Origin: an uncultured bacterium
GTDB taxonomy: Bacteria > Desulfobacterota > Binatia > HRBIN30 > CADEER01
DNA length: 64,000 nucleotides
NCBI GenBank assembly: GCA_902826395.1
Contig: CADEER010000007.1
Location: forward strand, 7,014-71,013
Reading direction: 5' to 3'
Shown here: positions 8,464-18,204 of the stretch, piece by piece
Layout of the letters: each line of letters starts with the position of its first letter
Numbering within the stretch: the first letter of the stretch is position 1
The notes under the pieces: generated by a model
Told to the model about the DNA's origin: nothing
What the model saw: the letters and a program-made list of their open reading frames with translations, nothing else
The model's database searches: none
Program-made: the position numbers and the translations under genes

Positions 8464-9553
8464 CGGGGCGGGGCAGGGCGGGGTCGGCGACGATTTCCGC
8501 CAGCGCCGCCAGTAAGGCATCGATCTCCTCGTCCGTGCCGACGGTGATGCGCAGGGCGTCGTAGAGATCGGGGATGGCGAAGTGGCGCACCAGGATGCCG
8601 CGCGTGCGCAACGCTTCGTAGATTGGTCGCTGGTCCTCGCCGGGACGGCGGGCGAGGACGAAGTTGGTCTCGCTCGGCAGTACGCCGTAACCAAGCTCCA
8701 ACAGTCCCTGGCGCAGCCGCTCGCGCGTGGCGCGGATGCGTTCCACGTTGGCGCGCATCCAGTCGACGTCGGCCAGTGCCGCGGCAGCGCCGGCGATGCT
8801 GACGCGGTTGAGGTTGTAGGAGTCCTTTACTTTGAGCAGCTCGTGGATCACCTGCGGCTGGGCGAAGCCGAGGCCGATGCGCAAGCCGGCGAGGGAGAAC
8901 GATTTCGAGAACGAGCGGACGACGATTACGTTGCGGTGCTCGGCGATCAGCTCGAGCGCCGCCACCGAGCCGAACTCGCCGTACGCTTCGTCGATGACGA
9001 GAAGGCCGCGCAGCCGCGCTGCCAGCGCGCGCAGCACCGGCAGCGGGGTCGCGGTGCCGGAGGGTGCGTTTGGGTTGCAGACGAACGTCACCCGCGCCTG
9101 CAGCGCCACCAACTCGTCGACCGGCAGCGCGAAATCGGCGGGGAAGGGTACCGTGCGCACGACGCCGCCGCAGATCTGCACCAACGTGTCGTACAGACTG
9201 TAGGTCGGCACAGGGTAAGCGACGACATCGCCCTGGTCGATGCAGGCGCGCAGGAGAATCATCAGGATCTCGTCCGAGCCGTTGCCCGCGAGGATCTGAT
9301 CGGCGCCGATCCCGTACAGCGCCGCGGCCTGTTCGCGCAGCTCGGTGGCGAGGGGATCCGGATAGAGCCGCACGCGCTCGGCCGCGTCCGCCATCGCCTC
9401 CAGCACCCGCGGCGACGGCGGGTACGGATTCTCGTTGGTGTTGAGCTTGATCACCTGGCCGCCGCGTGGCTGCTCGCCGGGCGTGTAGCCGGTCATCGCC
9501 CGCACGGCAGGGCGGATAAACGGCAGCTCTTCGCTGTTGTCGCGGTCGCTCAT
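8450..9553 (-). CDS. hisC: Histidinol-phosphate aminotransferase HisC
   Basis: Start moved to MSDRDNS. KLNTNENPYPPSP, PLP-lysine context SFSKSFSLAGLRIGL, ~367 aa class-II aminotransferase. Confidence 0.9.
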   Translation of the reverse strand: MSDRDNSEELPFIRPAVRAMTGYTPGEQPRGGQVIKLNTNENPYPPSPRVLEAMADAAERVRLYPDPLATELREQAAALYGIGADQILAGNGSDEILMILLRACIDQGDVVAYPVPTYSLYDTLVQICGGVVRTVPFPADFALPVDELVALQARVTFVCNPNAPSGTATPLPVLRALAARLRGLLVIDEAYGEFGSVAALELIAEHRNVIVVRSFSKSFSLAGLRIGLGFAQPQVIHELLKVKDSYNLNRVSIAGAAAALADVDWMRANVERIRATRERLRQGLLELGYGVLPSETNFVLARRPGEDQRPIYEALRTRGILVRHFAIPDLYDALRITVGTDEEIDALLAALAEIVADPALPRPAGEP

Positions 9554-9796
9554 GAGCCCGCCGACTCTGACCGCCCGCCGACCCGGATTCAAGCCGCCGC
9601 CGGCGCGCTTGCCGCCCCCGTGTTTTCATCATCGTCGACTCTCGACGGTAGATCGGGCGAAATGATCGACGAGGTGATCGCCGCGCGACGGGTGCCCGCC
9701 TTACGAACGGCTTGGCGTCCTCTGGTCTCGGCGCGGTTGTGGATGTGATTGGCGTGTGGTTCTGTCGGCGTCGCGATTTGGAGGGAGGGCGTCGTC

Positions 9797-10522
9797 GTGA
9801 GATTCGATCGGTGGATTGCGCTTGGTCTGTGCCTACTGATCAGCGGTTGCGACCTCGAATATTGGTCCTCTGAAGACGGTTCGCTCCCTTCGCACTGGAC
9901 CGACTGCAATAGTTTGTGGCCGGTTTTCAATCCGCTCGACGTTCAAGGTGGGGGCGTGCGGATTTCGGATCCCTACAGTCATACGCTTCACGACTTGCCG
10001 GGTATCGGTTGCGCGTTTCGAGACTACGATCCGATCTACGCGGACGACGTTCTCGTCTCGACGACCTGGTCCGGTGTCTTCCCCCACGAAGGTACGCCCT
10101 TGATCCACGTGAATCCGTCCTCGAGTACCCTCGGTGTTGGAGCGTGGCCGGTTCACGACCTTTTCCCGGGCGGTGAGCTTACGCCGGTACTTTTCCTGGG
10201 TACGATCGGAAACCCGCCGAATACTTTCTCGATCATGGCAGCCGTTCCCTTTCATCACGTCGACGGCACGCCGAGGAAGATCGCGCTGTTCAGCTCGGGT
10301 GGGATGGTCTCGGTCTACATGCAGCAGCTCGGCGGCACGCAAATGATACAGGCGATCCCGCCGACGGCGCTGCCCGCAGCCCACATCGGGATCCCGGTTC
10401 ACGGCATCGCGATCGATACTCACTTCTCGACTCCGGGGCACGCACCGGGGCTCGACCCCCTCCCTGCGCCCGATCTGCCAGTGATTCTCGATCACATCGG
10501 TGTTGCGCATCTCGGCAGCTGA
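9797..10522 (+). CDS. Hypothetical lipoprotein
   Basis: GTG start with RBS GGAGGGAGGG 7 nt upstream. Signal plus lipobox …LGLCLLISGC. No recognisable domain. Confidence 0.5.
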   Translation: MRFDRWIALGLCLLISGCDLEYWSSEDGSLPSHWTDCNSLWPVFNPLDVQGGGVRISDPYSHTLHDLPGIGCAFRDYDPIYADDVLVSTTWSGVFPHEGTPLIHVNPSSSTLGVGAWPVHDLFPGGELTPVLFLGTIGNPPNTFSIMAAVPFHHVDGTPRKIALFSSGGMVSVYMQQLGGTQMIQAIPPTALPAAHIGIPVHGIAIDTHFSTPGHAPGLDPLPAPDLPVILDHIGVAHLGS

Positions 10523-10738
10523 GGCGAGTACCCGCGCGAGCTAGCCGGCTAGGTGGGGCGGTCATACAGAGTGTCTTTGTCATCCTCGTGGCTGTTCTAC
10601 TCGGCTATCGGAAGAGACATGCGGTCTGACCGCTGCAAGTGACTGTCTGAACTTGCATATCGTGTAGTCTAGGGGCCATTTAGACCCCTTAGGGCCGCCA
10701 TTTCGACCCCGAAACCGCGCTTCTGAGGAGTCCAAGAG

Positions 10739-10861
10739 ATGTCGCGAGGAAATCTGCACCACCTGCCCGGCCACGTTCTGCACATCACCGAGCGGTGCCA
10801 CCGCAAGCAGTTCCTGTTCAAGTTCGGCCGCGACCGCCGCGCCTGGTGGCGCGTGGCGATC
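10739..10861 (+). pseudogene. N-terminal fragment (~40 aa) of a Y1/IS200-like (RAYT-like) transposase; reading frame lost after ~10860
   Basis: MSRGNLHHLPGHVLHITERCHRKQFLF resembles the LxxPGxxxHVxxRGN…F N-terminus of IS200/REP-associated tyrosine transposases, but only ~40 residues remain. A lower-GC stretch with GCCATTT(A/C)GACCCC direct repeats lies immediately upstream (10660-10720). Confidence 0.3.
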
Positions 10862-11196
10862 TGTCCGGGCCGGGGATCGATGGTGTCGTGGAGATTCGCA
10901 CGGCGCCGGGGTTGCCGTTCGAGATTGGGACGGGTGGGTCGGAGGATGTGCGCGTCGTCGCTGGGCCCTCGCTGTTGGTGGCGGGGAACTATGTGCTCGA
11001 CGACATCCGGCTGACCGCGGCGGACGGCGCGACGATTCTCGCGGCGTCGCCTTCTTCGGTGCCGATCAAGGTCGTGGAACGCGTGATCGTCGAGCAGATC
11101 TCGTCGCGGCCGTTGTCGCTGGAGGAGATCCTGCAGCGCGGCATCGTCGTTCTCCGACTCGCCCCCCCCACTCCCGACGATCCATGCCCCGCCGAC

Positions 11197-12105
11197 TCAC
11201 TTCCCCAAACTCGCCGGTGCGTTGGTATCGCCGGCCGAGATCGCCAACAGAAGCAGCGTCGCGGCGTACGGTAGGACGAGGAAGAACTGGAACGGCACGT
11301 CGAAAGCCAATGCCTGGAAATGGAACTGCAGCGCGGTCACGCCGCCGAACAGCAGTGAAGCGATGAGGATGCCGCTTGCCCAGCGGCGACCGACGATGAC
11401 GATGGCCAGGGCGATGAAGCCGCGCCCCGCCGACATCCCCTCGACGAACGTGTGCGTGTAGTCGAGTGCCAGGTAGGCGCCACCGAGGGCTCCGAGCACT
11501 CCGCACGCGACCAACGCCAGCGCGCGTACGCGAGCGACATCGACGCCCTGAGCCGCGGCGGCGCGCGGGTTCTCACCCGCCATCCGAATCTCCAATCCCA
11601 CGCGTGTGCGGGCGAGGAGGAAAGCGCAGGCCGGCACCAGTGCGAAGCAGACATAGAGAAGAAGCGTGCGGTGGAACAGTGCCTCGCCCACCACGGGTAG
11701 ATCGGCGAGCAGCGGGATGCGCAGCAGCGGGCTGCCTTCGACGGTGAGGACGGAGCCGGTGACGCCGAACATCGCCCGGTACAGCACACCGGTGGCGCCG
11801 ACGGCGAACAGATTGAGAGCCGTGCCGACGACGATCTGGTTGGCTGCACAACGCACCACCAGGAACGCGAATCCCGCCGCCACGACAACGCCGACGATGA
11901 TCGCGGCTCCCACGCCGGCGAGATTTGATCCGGAGGAGTGGGCGACGGCAAACGACGTGAAGGCGCCGAGCAGTATGAATCCCTCGAGGCCGATGTTGAT
12001 GATTCCCGCCTTTTCGGAGAGCAACTCGCCGAGCGCCGCATATAGAAGCGGGATGGCCATCGCGATCGCGGCGACCGCCATCGCCGAAGCGAGATCGATG
12101 CTCAT
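11197..12105 (-). CDS. ABC transporter permease (BMP/nucleoside-type, second permease)
   Basis: Start MSIDLASAMAV overlaps the upstream permease stop (ATGA). Polytopic, with the EAA-like loop characteristic of the family. Confidence 0.85.
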   Translation of the reverse strand: MSIDLASAMAVAAIAMAIPLLYAALGELLSEKAGIINIGLEGFILLGAFTSFAVAHSSGSNLAGVGAAIIVGVVVAAGFAFLVVRCAANQIVVGTALNLFAVGATGVLYRAMFGVTGSVLTVEGSPLLRIPLLADLPVVGEALFHRTLLLYVCFALVPACAFLLARTRVGLEIRMAGENPRAAAAQGVDVARVRALALVACGVLGALGGAYLALDYTHTFVEGMSAGRGFIALAIVIVGRRWASGILIASLLFGGVTALQFHFQALAFDVPFQFFLVLPYAATLLLLAISAGDTNAPASLGK

Positions 12106-13148
12106 GCGCGCGGCCTCGTTGCACCCTCGGACGCACGCCGGTACTCGATCGCCGCCAGCGCGAAGATGACGCACGCCTGGATGAACGACACGAGTGCCGA
12201 GCTGACACCGGCGACGCGCTGCATCGATCCGGAGCCGGCCTCGAGGATTCCGAACAACAGTGCCGCGACGAGGACGCCGAAGGGATCGAGTCGACCGAGA
12301 AGGGCGACCGCGATGGCCGTGTAGCCGTACCCCGGCGAAAAGCTCTCGTACATCCGATGTGTCACTGCCGCGACCTCGATGCCGCCGGCAAGGCCGGCGA
12401 GCGCGCCGCTGACGACGAAGCCGATCAGAGTCGTGCTTTGGACGCTCAGTCCCGCCGTTCGCGCCGCCGTCCGGTTGGCGCCGATTGCTCGCATGGTGAA
12501 GCCGAGGCGCGTTCTGGACAGCAGGATCGCGCACGCCGGCACCAGCAACAGGGCGACGACGATGCCGAGATGGATGCGCATTCCCGTCACCAGCCGCGGC
12601 AGGCGGGCAAAGTCGAGCATGGCATCGCTCTGCGGGTAGCGACCGCTCGCCTCCATCAACGGCCCCTGGACCAGATAGCCGACCAGGCCGAGCACGATGA
12701 AGTTGAGCATGATCGTGCTGATCACCTCGTCGACATTGCGCTTCAACTTGAGGACGGCGGCGCCGGCTGCCAGGACGGCGCCGCCCGCCGCCGCGACAGA
12801 GAGTACGAGAGGAAGGCCGAGCAGCGGCGATAGGGAGAGCGGACGCGTCCCGACCCATACAGCGGCAAGCGCGCCTGCCACCAGTTGACCCTCGGCGCCG
12901 ATGTTCCAGATGCCGGCGCGGAAGGCGAGGGCGACGCCGAGGCCGGTGACGATCAGCGGACAGGACTTCACTGCGACCTCGGACCAGCCGTAGGTACTGC
13001 TCAGAGCTCCTTCCGCGAGGGCAGCATAGGCGATCAGCGGATTGCCGCCGCTCGCCAGGATCGCGACGGCGCCGGCCGCCAGACCGAACGCCACTGCCGC
13101 GAGCGAGATACTCGCGCTGCGCATCAGATCGCTGAACGACACTCTCAT
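12102..13148 (-). CDS. ABC transporter permease (BMP/nucleoside-type, first permease)
   Basis: ~348 aa polytopic membrane protein, same operon. Confidence 0.85.
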   Translation of the reverse strand: MRVSFSDLMRSASISLAAVAFGLAAGAVAILASGGNPLIAYAALAEGALSSTYGWSEVAVKSCPLIVTGLGVALAFRAGIWNIGAEGQLVAGALAAVWVGTRPLSLSPLLGLPLVLSVAAAGGAVLAAGAAVLKLKRNVDEVISTIMLNFIVLGLVGYLVQGPLMEASGRYPQSDAMLDFARLPRLVTGMRIHLGIVVALLLVPACAILLSRTRLGFTMRAIGANRTAARTAGLSVQSTTLIGFVVSGALAGLAGGIEVAAVTHRMYESFSPGYGYTAIAVALLGRLDPFGVLVAALLFGILEAGSGSMQRVAGVSSALVSFIQACVIFALAAIEYRRASEGATRPRA

Positions 13149-13176
13149 CGACGCGCTTCAACGGGACTGCTGGCGG

Positions 13177-14757
13177 TCAAGCCTGGATGAAATCGGATCG
13201 ATCATTTCGGCCGGCGGCGCTGCCATCGTGCTCGAGCCCGCCCATCATGCGGCCGAGCGCGGCGCGGTCGAACGGCTGTGTCATCGGTGGACCGAGGCGC
13301 CCGCGATAGAGAACTCGCACGCGGTGGCTCAACGCCGTGATCTCGTCGAGATCCGTCGAAAGAAGCAGGACCGAACCACCCCAGCCGAGCACGGCGCGCA
13401 GCGCCGTGTGGACCTCTTGCGCCGCGCCTATGTCGAGACCTCGGGTCGGGTTGAAGGTAAGAACCAGGCGCGGACGCCGGGCAAGAGCGCGCGCGACGAT
13501 CAGCTTCTGCAAATTGCCTCCGGAGAGGCTGGCGGCGGTGGCGTCGACCCCGCTGCAAACAATCCGAAATCGCTCGACCAGCTCGGCCGCGAAGCGCTGG
13601 GCGGCAGGACGGTCGAGGATGCCGCGGCGACAGTGCTCGTCCAAGAGCTGATCGTCCAGGATCGCGTTCTCCCACAAGCTCATCTCGAGGGCGGCTCCCT
13701 CGCGACGGCGGTCGGGTGGAATCAGAGTGACGCCGGCGCGGCCGATCTGGCGCCGATCGTGACGGCCTGTGGCAACGCCGTCGTCGCCGACCCAGATGGT
13801 TCCGGATGACGGTTGCAACAGGCCGGCGAGAGCTCCGAAGAGCTCTTGTTGGCCGTTGCCGTCCACGCCCGCGATGCCGAGAATCTCGCCGGCGCGAACG
13901 TCGAGGTCGACGTCGTCGAGGTGGAGCGCGCCCTTGGCGGCGCGCACCGAGATTCCTTCGGCGCGCAGCGTCGAGTGAGACGTGGCGCCGGACGGTTCGT
14001 CTGGCGGAGATTGCGGGACGTCGCGGCCGACCATCAGCACTGCCAGCTCTGTCGCGTCGGTGCCCTCGACCGCGCGCTCGCCGACGACGCGTCCGCGTCG
14101 CAGGATGGTGACCGAATCGGCGAGACTCACGACCTCGGGCAGCTTGTGGGTGATCAACAAGATTGCGACGCCGCGCGCCGCCAGGGATCGGAGCACGGCG
14201 AAGAGTTGCTCGACTTCCGCGGGGGTCAGGACGGCGGTCGGCTCGTCGAGAATCAGCAGGCGGACATCCCGCATCACGGCGCGCAGAATCTCGACGCGCT
14301 GGCGCACGCCGACCGGTAGATCGCCGGTGCGGGCGTCGAGGTCGCCGATGTCGAGCCCGAGATCGCACGCCCGCATCCGGGCACGTTGCCGCACCGCCTC
14401 GAAATCGATGACGGCACCGGCTTCGCCGCCGGCGAGGGCGAGATTCTCAGTCACCGTCAGGGCGTCGATCAGCGCGAACTCCTGATGCACCATACCGATG
14501 CCCATACGCTGCGCCTGGAGGGGGCTGTCGAGGTGGACCGGTTCTCCCTGCCAGCGCATTTCGCCGGCGGCCTTCGTCAGGCCGTAGATGACGTTCATCA
14601 GAGTCGACTTGCCGGCGCCGTTCTCGCCGAGGATGGCCCGAACCTCGCCTGGCGCGACGTCGAGATCGACGCCGTCGAGAGCCCGCGTCGTACCGAAGCG
14701 AACCGCGATGCCGCGCAGCGACAGCAGGGGGGCGTCGGCTGTCGGCGTCGAGCTCAA
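13177..14757 (-). CDS. ABC transporter ATP-binding protein with two fused ATPase domains (sugar/nucleoside type)
   Basis: Two Walker A motifs (GENGAGKST, GVDGNGQQ) and two signature motifs (LSGGNLQK etc.). Proposed TTG start overlapping the lipoprotein stop (TTGA), since no in-frame ATG/GTG lies upstream of the first domain. Confidence 0.85.
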   Translation of the reverse strand: MSSTPTADAPLLSLRGIAVRFGTTRALDGVDLDVAPGEVRAILGENGAGKSTLMNVIYGLTKAAGEMRWQGEPVHLDSPLQAQRMGIGMVHQEFALIDALTVTENLALAGGEAGAVIDFEAVRQRARMRACDLGLDIGDLDARTGDLPVGVRQRVEILRAVMRDVRLLILDEPTAVLTPAEVEQLFAVLRSLAARGVAILLITHKLPEVVSLADSVTILRRGRVVGERAVEGTDATELAVLMVGRDVPQSPPDEPSGATSHSTLRAEGISVRAAKGALHLDDVDLDVRAGEILGIAGVDGNGQQELFGALAGLLQPSSGTIWVGDDGVATGRHDRRQIGRAGVTLIPPDRRREGAALEMSLWENAILDDQLLDEHCRRGILDRPAAQRFAAELVERFRIVCSGVDATAASLSGGNLQKLIVARALARRPRLVLTFNPTRGLDIGAAQEVHTALRAVLGWGGSVLLLSTDLDEITALSHRVRVLYRGRLGPPMTQPFDRAALGRMMGGLEHDGSAAGRNDRSDFIQA

Positions 14758-15740
14758 AACTCGCTGGAAGGAACGGTGAGTCGACCGGCGACGATCGCCT
14801 CGCGCGTCTCGTCGATGCGCTTCATCACATCGGCTGGAATCCTGTCCCGCAGAGCTGGATTCACGACGAATCCGATGACGCCGTCGGCGATGCCGAGCTT
14901 GGTGACCTTTGCGGTGAACTTCTTTTCCTTCACCTCGCGCGCGACCTCGACGAAGGCCGCCGGGATGTCGATGACGGCGCTCGCCAGCACGACGTCGGGA
15001 GCGACCTGGTTCTGGTCCTTGTTGGTGCCGAAGGCGAGCACCTGTCGGGTCTGCGCGGCTTGAAAGACGCCGAGGCCGGCGGCATCGGCGTTGTGGATCA
15101 GGAAGTCCGCGCCTTGCTGGATCTGCGCCATCGCCGCCTCTTTGGCGGCGCCGACGTCTTCCCAGTTGCCGACGTAGCTCTTGATCAGCTTGAAGTCGGA
15201 GCGGACGGCGACCGCCCCCGCTTCGAAGGCGAGCAGCGTCGACTCGACGGATGGGATGGCCATGCCGCCGACGGCGCCGGCGATGCCGGTCTTCGACATC
15301 GACGCGGCGATCATGCCGGCCAGGTAGGTGGCCTCCTCGAGCATGAAGCGCAGCGGGGCGACGTTGTTGCGCACGGTATTGCCGGAAGTCGTGATGAAGA
15401 TGGTGTCGGGAAAGTCGGGAGCGACGGTCGCCGCCGCGTCCTGGAACTCGAAACCGTGTCCGAACACGAGCGAGAAGCCGCGGCGGGCGTAGTCGCGGAA
15501 TCCCTCCTCGAACTCCGCCGGCGTCTTGGTTTCGACTTGCGACACCTCGGCGCCGAGCTGGTCGCGGATTGCGAGGAGGCCTTCGTAGGCGAGGGCGTTC
15601 CAGCCGGCGTCGCTCACCGGGCCGGGGCTGAGCAGGGCGACCTTGAAGGTCGGGGCGGGGTCGGGCTGGGGGGCATCGCCGGTGCAGCCGGCGAGGACAT
15701 AAAGGACTGCAAGGACTGCAAGGACCGAGGGGCGACGCAT
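14754..15740 (-). CDS. BMP-family (Med/PnrA-like) ABC transporter substrate-binding lipoprotein
   Basis: Signal plus lipobox VLAGC. KVALLSPGPVSDAGWN, typical of basic-membrane-protein nucleoside-binding lipoproteins. Confidence 0.88.
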   Translation of the reverse strand: MRRPSVLAVLAVLYVLAGCTGDAPQPDPAPTFKVALLSPGPVSDAGWNALAYEGLLAIRDQLGAEVSQVETKTPAEFEEGFRDYARRGFSLVFGHGFEFQDAAATVAPDFPDTIFITTSGNTVRNNVAPLRFMLEEATYLAGMIAASMSKTGIAGAVGGMAIPSVESTLLAFEAGAVAVRSDFKLIKSYVGNWEDVGAAKEAAMAQIQQGADFLIHNADAAGLGVFQAAQTRQVLAFGTNKDQNQVAPDVVLASAVIDIPAAFVEVAREVKEKKFTAKVTKLGIADGVIGFVVNPALRDRIPADVMKRIDETREAIVAGRLTVPSSEF

Positions 15741-15806
15741 GGGGCGGACGGTAGCGTGGAAGTGTGGGCGATGTCACGCGATTGGGTGGGCTGCTAGGGT
15801 GCGGCG

Positions 15807-16658
15807 ATGCGAACCGGCGGGCTCAACAACTTCGTGCTGGTGGTGCTCGATAGTTGCCGATTCGATTCGTGGATGGCGGCTCGGCCGCGGCATCTGGCGC
15901 GGCTCGGTGAGGTGGAGCGACGCTGGAGCTACGCGTCGTGGACGTCGCCGGCGCACTACAATCTGCTGACCGGTCTGCTGCCGCATACGAGTCCGACCCA
16001 GGTGTACGCGTCCGACTACTACAAGCGCGACTTCGTGCGCTATTGCGACCGCCTCGGCAGCGACGGCATTTCGTTCGAGTCCCTGCTCCCCCAGCTCTAT
16101 CTACCGACCTTCCTCAAGCGGCTCGGCTATCGCACCCACGCCATGGTGTCGCTGCCGGTGCTCAATCCGGCGACCATCCTCAATCGCGATTTCGACAGCT
16201 TCGAGCTGATGCCGCGGCACAACGACATGGAGGCGATGGTCGAGCGCATGCGTTTCGCCGACGAGGCACCGTCCTTCTACCTGCTCAACGCCGGCGAGAC
16301 CCATTACCCGTACGCGCTGCCGGACGAGGATCCGGGTGAGTGGCCGACCATCTCAGGGGTGCACGGAGTTTTTCGTCATCTCGACGCCGACCGCGTCGGC
16401 GGCCGGCTGGCGAGCGGCGAGCCGCAGCAGATCTTCGATCAGAACAAGCTCGACCGCCTGCGTGCCCGGCAAGTGGAGGCGGTGCGTTACCTCGACCGAG
16501 TCTTCGAGCGGCTCTTCGACGTCGTTCCGGAGAACACCTGGATTACCGTGACTGCCGACCACGGCGAGCTGTTCGGCGAGGGCGGCTACTTCGGCCACGG
16601 CCCCGTGCACCATGACAAGGTGTACGAGGTGCCGTTCGTCGAGGGGAAGCTGCGGTGA
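15807..16658 (+). CDS. Alkaline-phosphatase-superfamily type I phosphodiesterase / nucleotide pyrophosphatase (NPP-like)
   Basis: VLVVLDSCRFDSW metal site, NPP nucleophile motif WTSPAHYNLLTGL (cf. TFPNHYSIVTGL), TADHGE. No CxPxR sulfatase motif. Confidence 0.75.
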   Translation: MRTGGLNNFVLVVLDSCRFDSWMAARPRHLARLGEVERRWSYASWTSPAHYNLLTGLLPHTSPTQVYASDYYKRDFVRYCDRLGSDGISFESLLPQLYLPTFLKRLGYRTHAMVSLPVLNPATILNRDFDSFELMPRHNDMEAMVERMRFADEAPSFYLLNAGETHYPYALPDEDPGEWPTISGVHGVFRHLDADRVGGRLASGEPQQIFDQNKLDRLRARQVEAVRYLDRVFERLFDVVPENTWITVTADHGELFGEGGYFGHGPVHHDKVYEVPFVEGKLR

Positions 16659-16713
16659 GGGTCGGGAACGGGGAACGGGGAACCGCGAACGCTGAACGGT
16701 CCCCCGTTCTCGG

Positions 16714-17964
16714 TCATTTGGTCGCGTAGTACTCGATGAGGATGTCGGCGATTTCCGGCCGCAGGATGCGCTGGTCGGGGCGTTCGCCGGAGGTGAGCGC
16801 TTCGCGCACCTTGGAGCCGGAGATGAACAGCGGCTTCTCTTCCTTGTGGTTCTCCATCAGGTCGACGCGTCCGAGACTCTCGTAGAAGGCGGCGAAGCCG
16901 ATGTTGCAGGGGCGAATGCGCAGATCGCCTTTGAGATTCTCGAAGATTTCCTGGGCGTCGAAGTCGCCCCAGATCGCCTGGCCGTCGTCGAACGGCGCGT
17001 CGGCGTGCTTGCGGCCGATGACGATGTCGGTGAAGCCGTGATTCTGCCGATAGATGGCGTGCATCACCGCTTCTTTGGGGCCGCCGTAGAGCATTTTGAT
17101 GTCGAGTCCGACGAGCTCGAAGACCTCGTTGAGGTCATAGCCGCACTGCTTCCACAGCTCGACATCCTTGTCGCCGTCGCCGAGCAGCTCGCGGTCGTGC
17201 AGCTCGCGATAGCAGTGCATGCGGACCTGCGCCGGCACGTCGTCGCCCTTGAGCTCGCCGATCAGCGGATTGAGGACGGCGCCGGCGAAGAAGCCGCGCC
17301 GGGTGAGGGTCTCGACCCCGGCTACGAGGGCGTACTCGTGGGCGCGGTGCAGCGGGTTGCGCGTCTGGAACGCCAGGGCGCGCTCCCAGCCGCGCTCGGC
17401 GATCAGGGTGCGCGTCTGCCGGGGCGAGAAGACGAGATGGCCGTACTCGCGATCGATCGGCTGCGGCAGTGCGTAGATGTCGCCGCCGACGAGCTGGGTG
17501 CGTTCGTCGTCGACGATCATGTGGCCGCCCGGGTGATCGATGCGGCTGGTGCCGTAGAACGACTCGACGTGCTTCGGCTTGTCCCAGGGGAAAATGCTGG
17601 TGACGTGAATGACCGCCACCGGCTCGCCGGAGTGGACGATCACGGCGTTTCGTCCGATTTTGAGCTTGCCGGCCTCGGCGGTGGTCACCGGCAACGAAAT
17701 CGGCGCCGTCCAGGCGTAGTACCGGAAGTTGTGCTCGATCGCGTCGCGGTCGAGCGCCGCGTGCCAGGTCTCCTCGTCCATGAAGCCCGTCAGGGGTGAC
17801 AGGGTGCCGTCGGCGATGCGGTAGACGGTAGAGAGGTCGGCTCGGGTTACCTCGATCTTCGGCAGATCGGCGACGTCGCTATAGAACTGCTTGCGCCGCG
17901 AGAGGGGAACGGTCCGAGAAACCGGCGCGTCCAGGCCGCCGTGTACGGGCACGAGATCGGGCAT
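16714..17964 (-). CDS. sat: Sulfate adenylyltransferase (ATP sulfurylase)
   Basis: Start moved to MPDLVPVHGG (416 aa). QTRNPLHRAHE and GRKHADAPF motifs. Confidence 0.9.
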   Translation of the reverse strand: MPDLVPVHGGLDAPVSRTVPLSRRKQFYSDVADLPKIEVTRADLSTVYRIADGTLSPLTGFMDEETWHAALDRDAIEHNFRYYAWTAPISLPVTTAEAGKLKIGRNAVIVHSGEPVAVIHVTSIFPWDKPKHVESFYGTSRIDHPGGHMIVDDERTQLVGGDIYALPQPIDREYGHLVFSPRQTRTLIAERGWERALAFQTRNPLHRAHEYALVAGVETLTRRGFFAGAVLNPLIGELKGDDVPAQVRMHCYRELHDRELLGDGDKDVELWKQCGYDLNEVFELVGLDIKMLYGGPKEAVMHAIYRQNHGFTDIVIGRKHADAPFDDGQAIWGDFDAQEIFENLKGDLRIRPCNIGFAAFYESLGRVDLMENHKEEKPLFISGSKVREALTSGERPDQRILRPEIADILIEYYATK

Positions 17965-18204
17965 CGATGAGCTCCTGTCTATTTCGTGGTGGGAAGACCT
18001 GCGGCGCGCCCAATTGCGCCGCGCGTGGCGCGGCTGGGGCACGATTGACTCGCCGAGCGGACGCCCAAGCGAAACCGGTACCATCGCCGAGCCCTGACGG
18101 TGAGTCAATATAAGTTGCAGGGGCGAGGGGTGGGGGGCGAGGGGCGTGGTTGCACCTCGGGCTTTGCTCGTGCCAAAGCCTCGCTCAGCTAGGCGGGCGG
18201 AGAG

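Noticed and set aside
8457-9632. 391-aa Arg/Ala-rich ORF on the same strand as hisC but in another frame
   Set aside because: Overlaps the well-supported HisC frame completely. The composition is a typical high-GC alternate-frame artefact.
13202-14368. 388-aa minus-strand alternate-frame ORF within the ABC ATPase gene
   Set aside because: Same strand but a different frame from the ATPase, which has Walker A/B and signature motifs; Arg-rich artefact.
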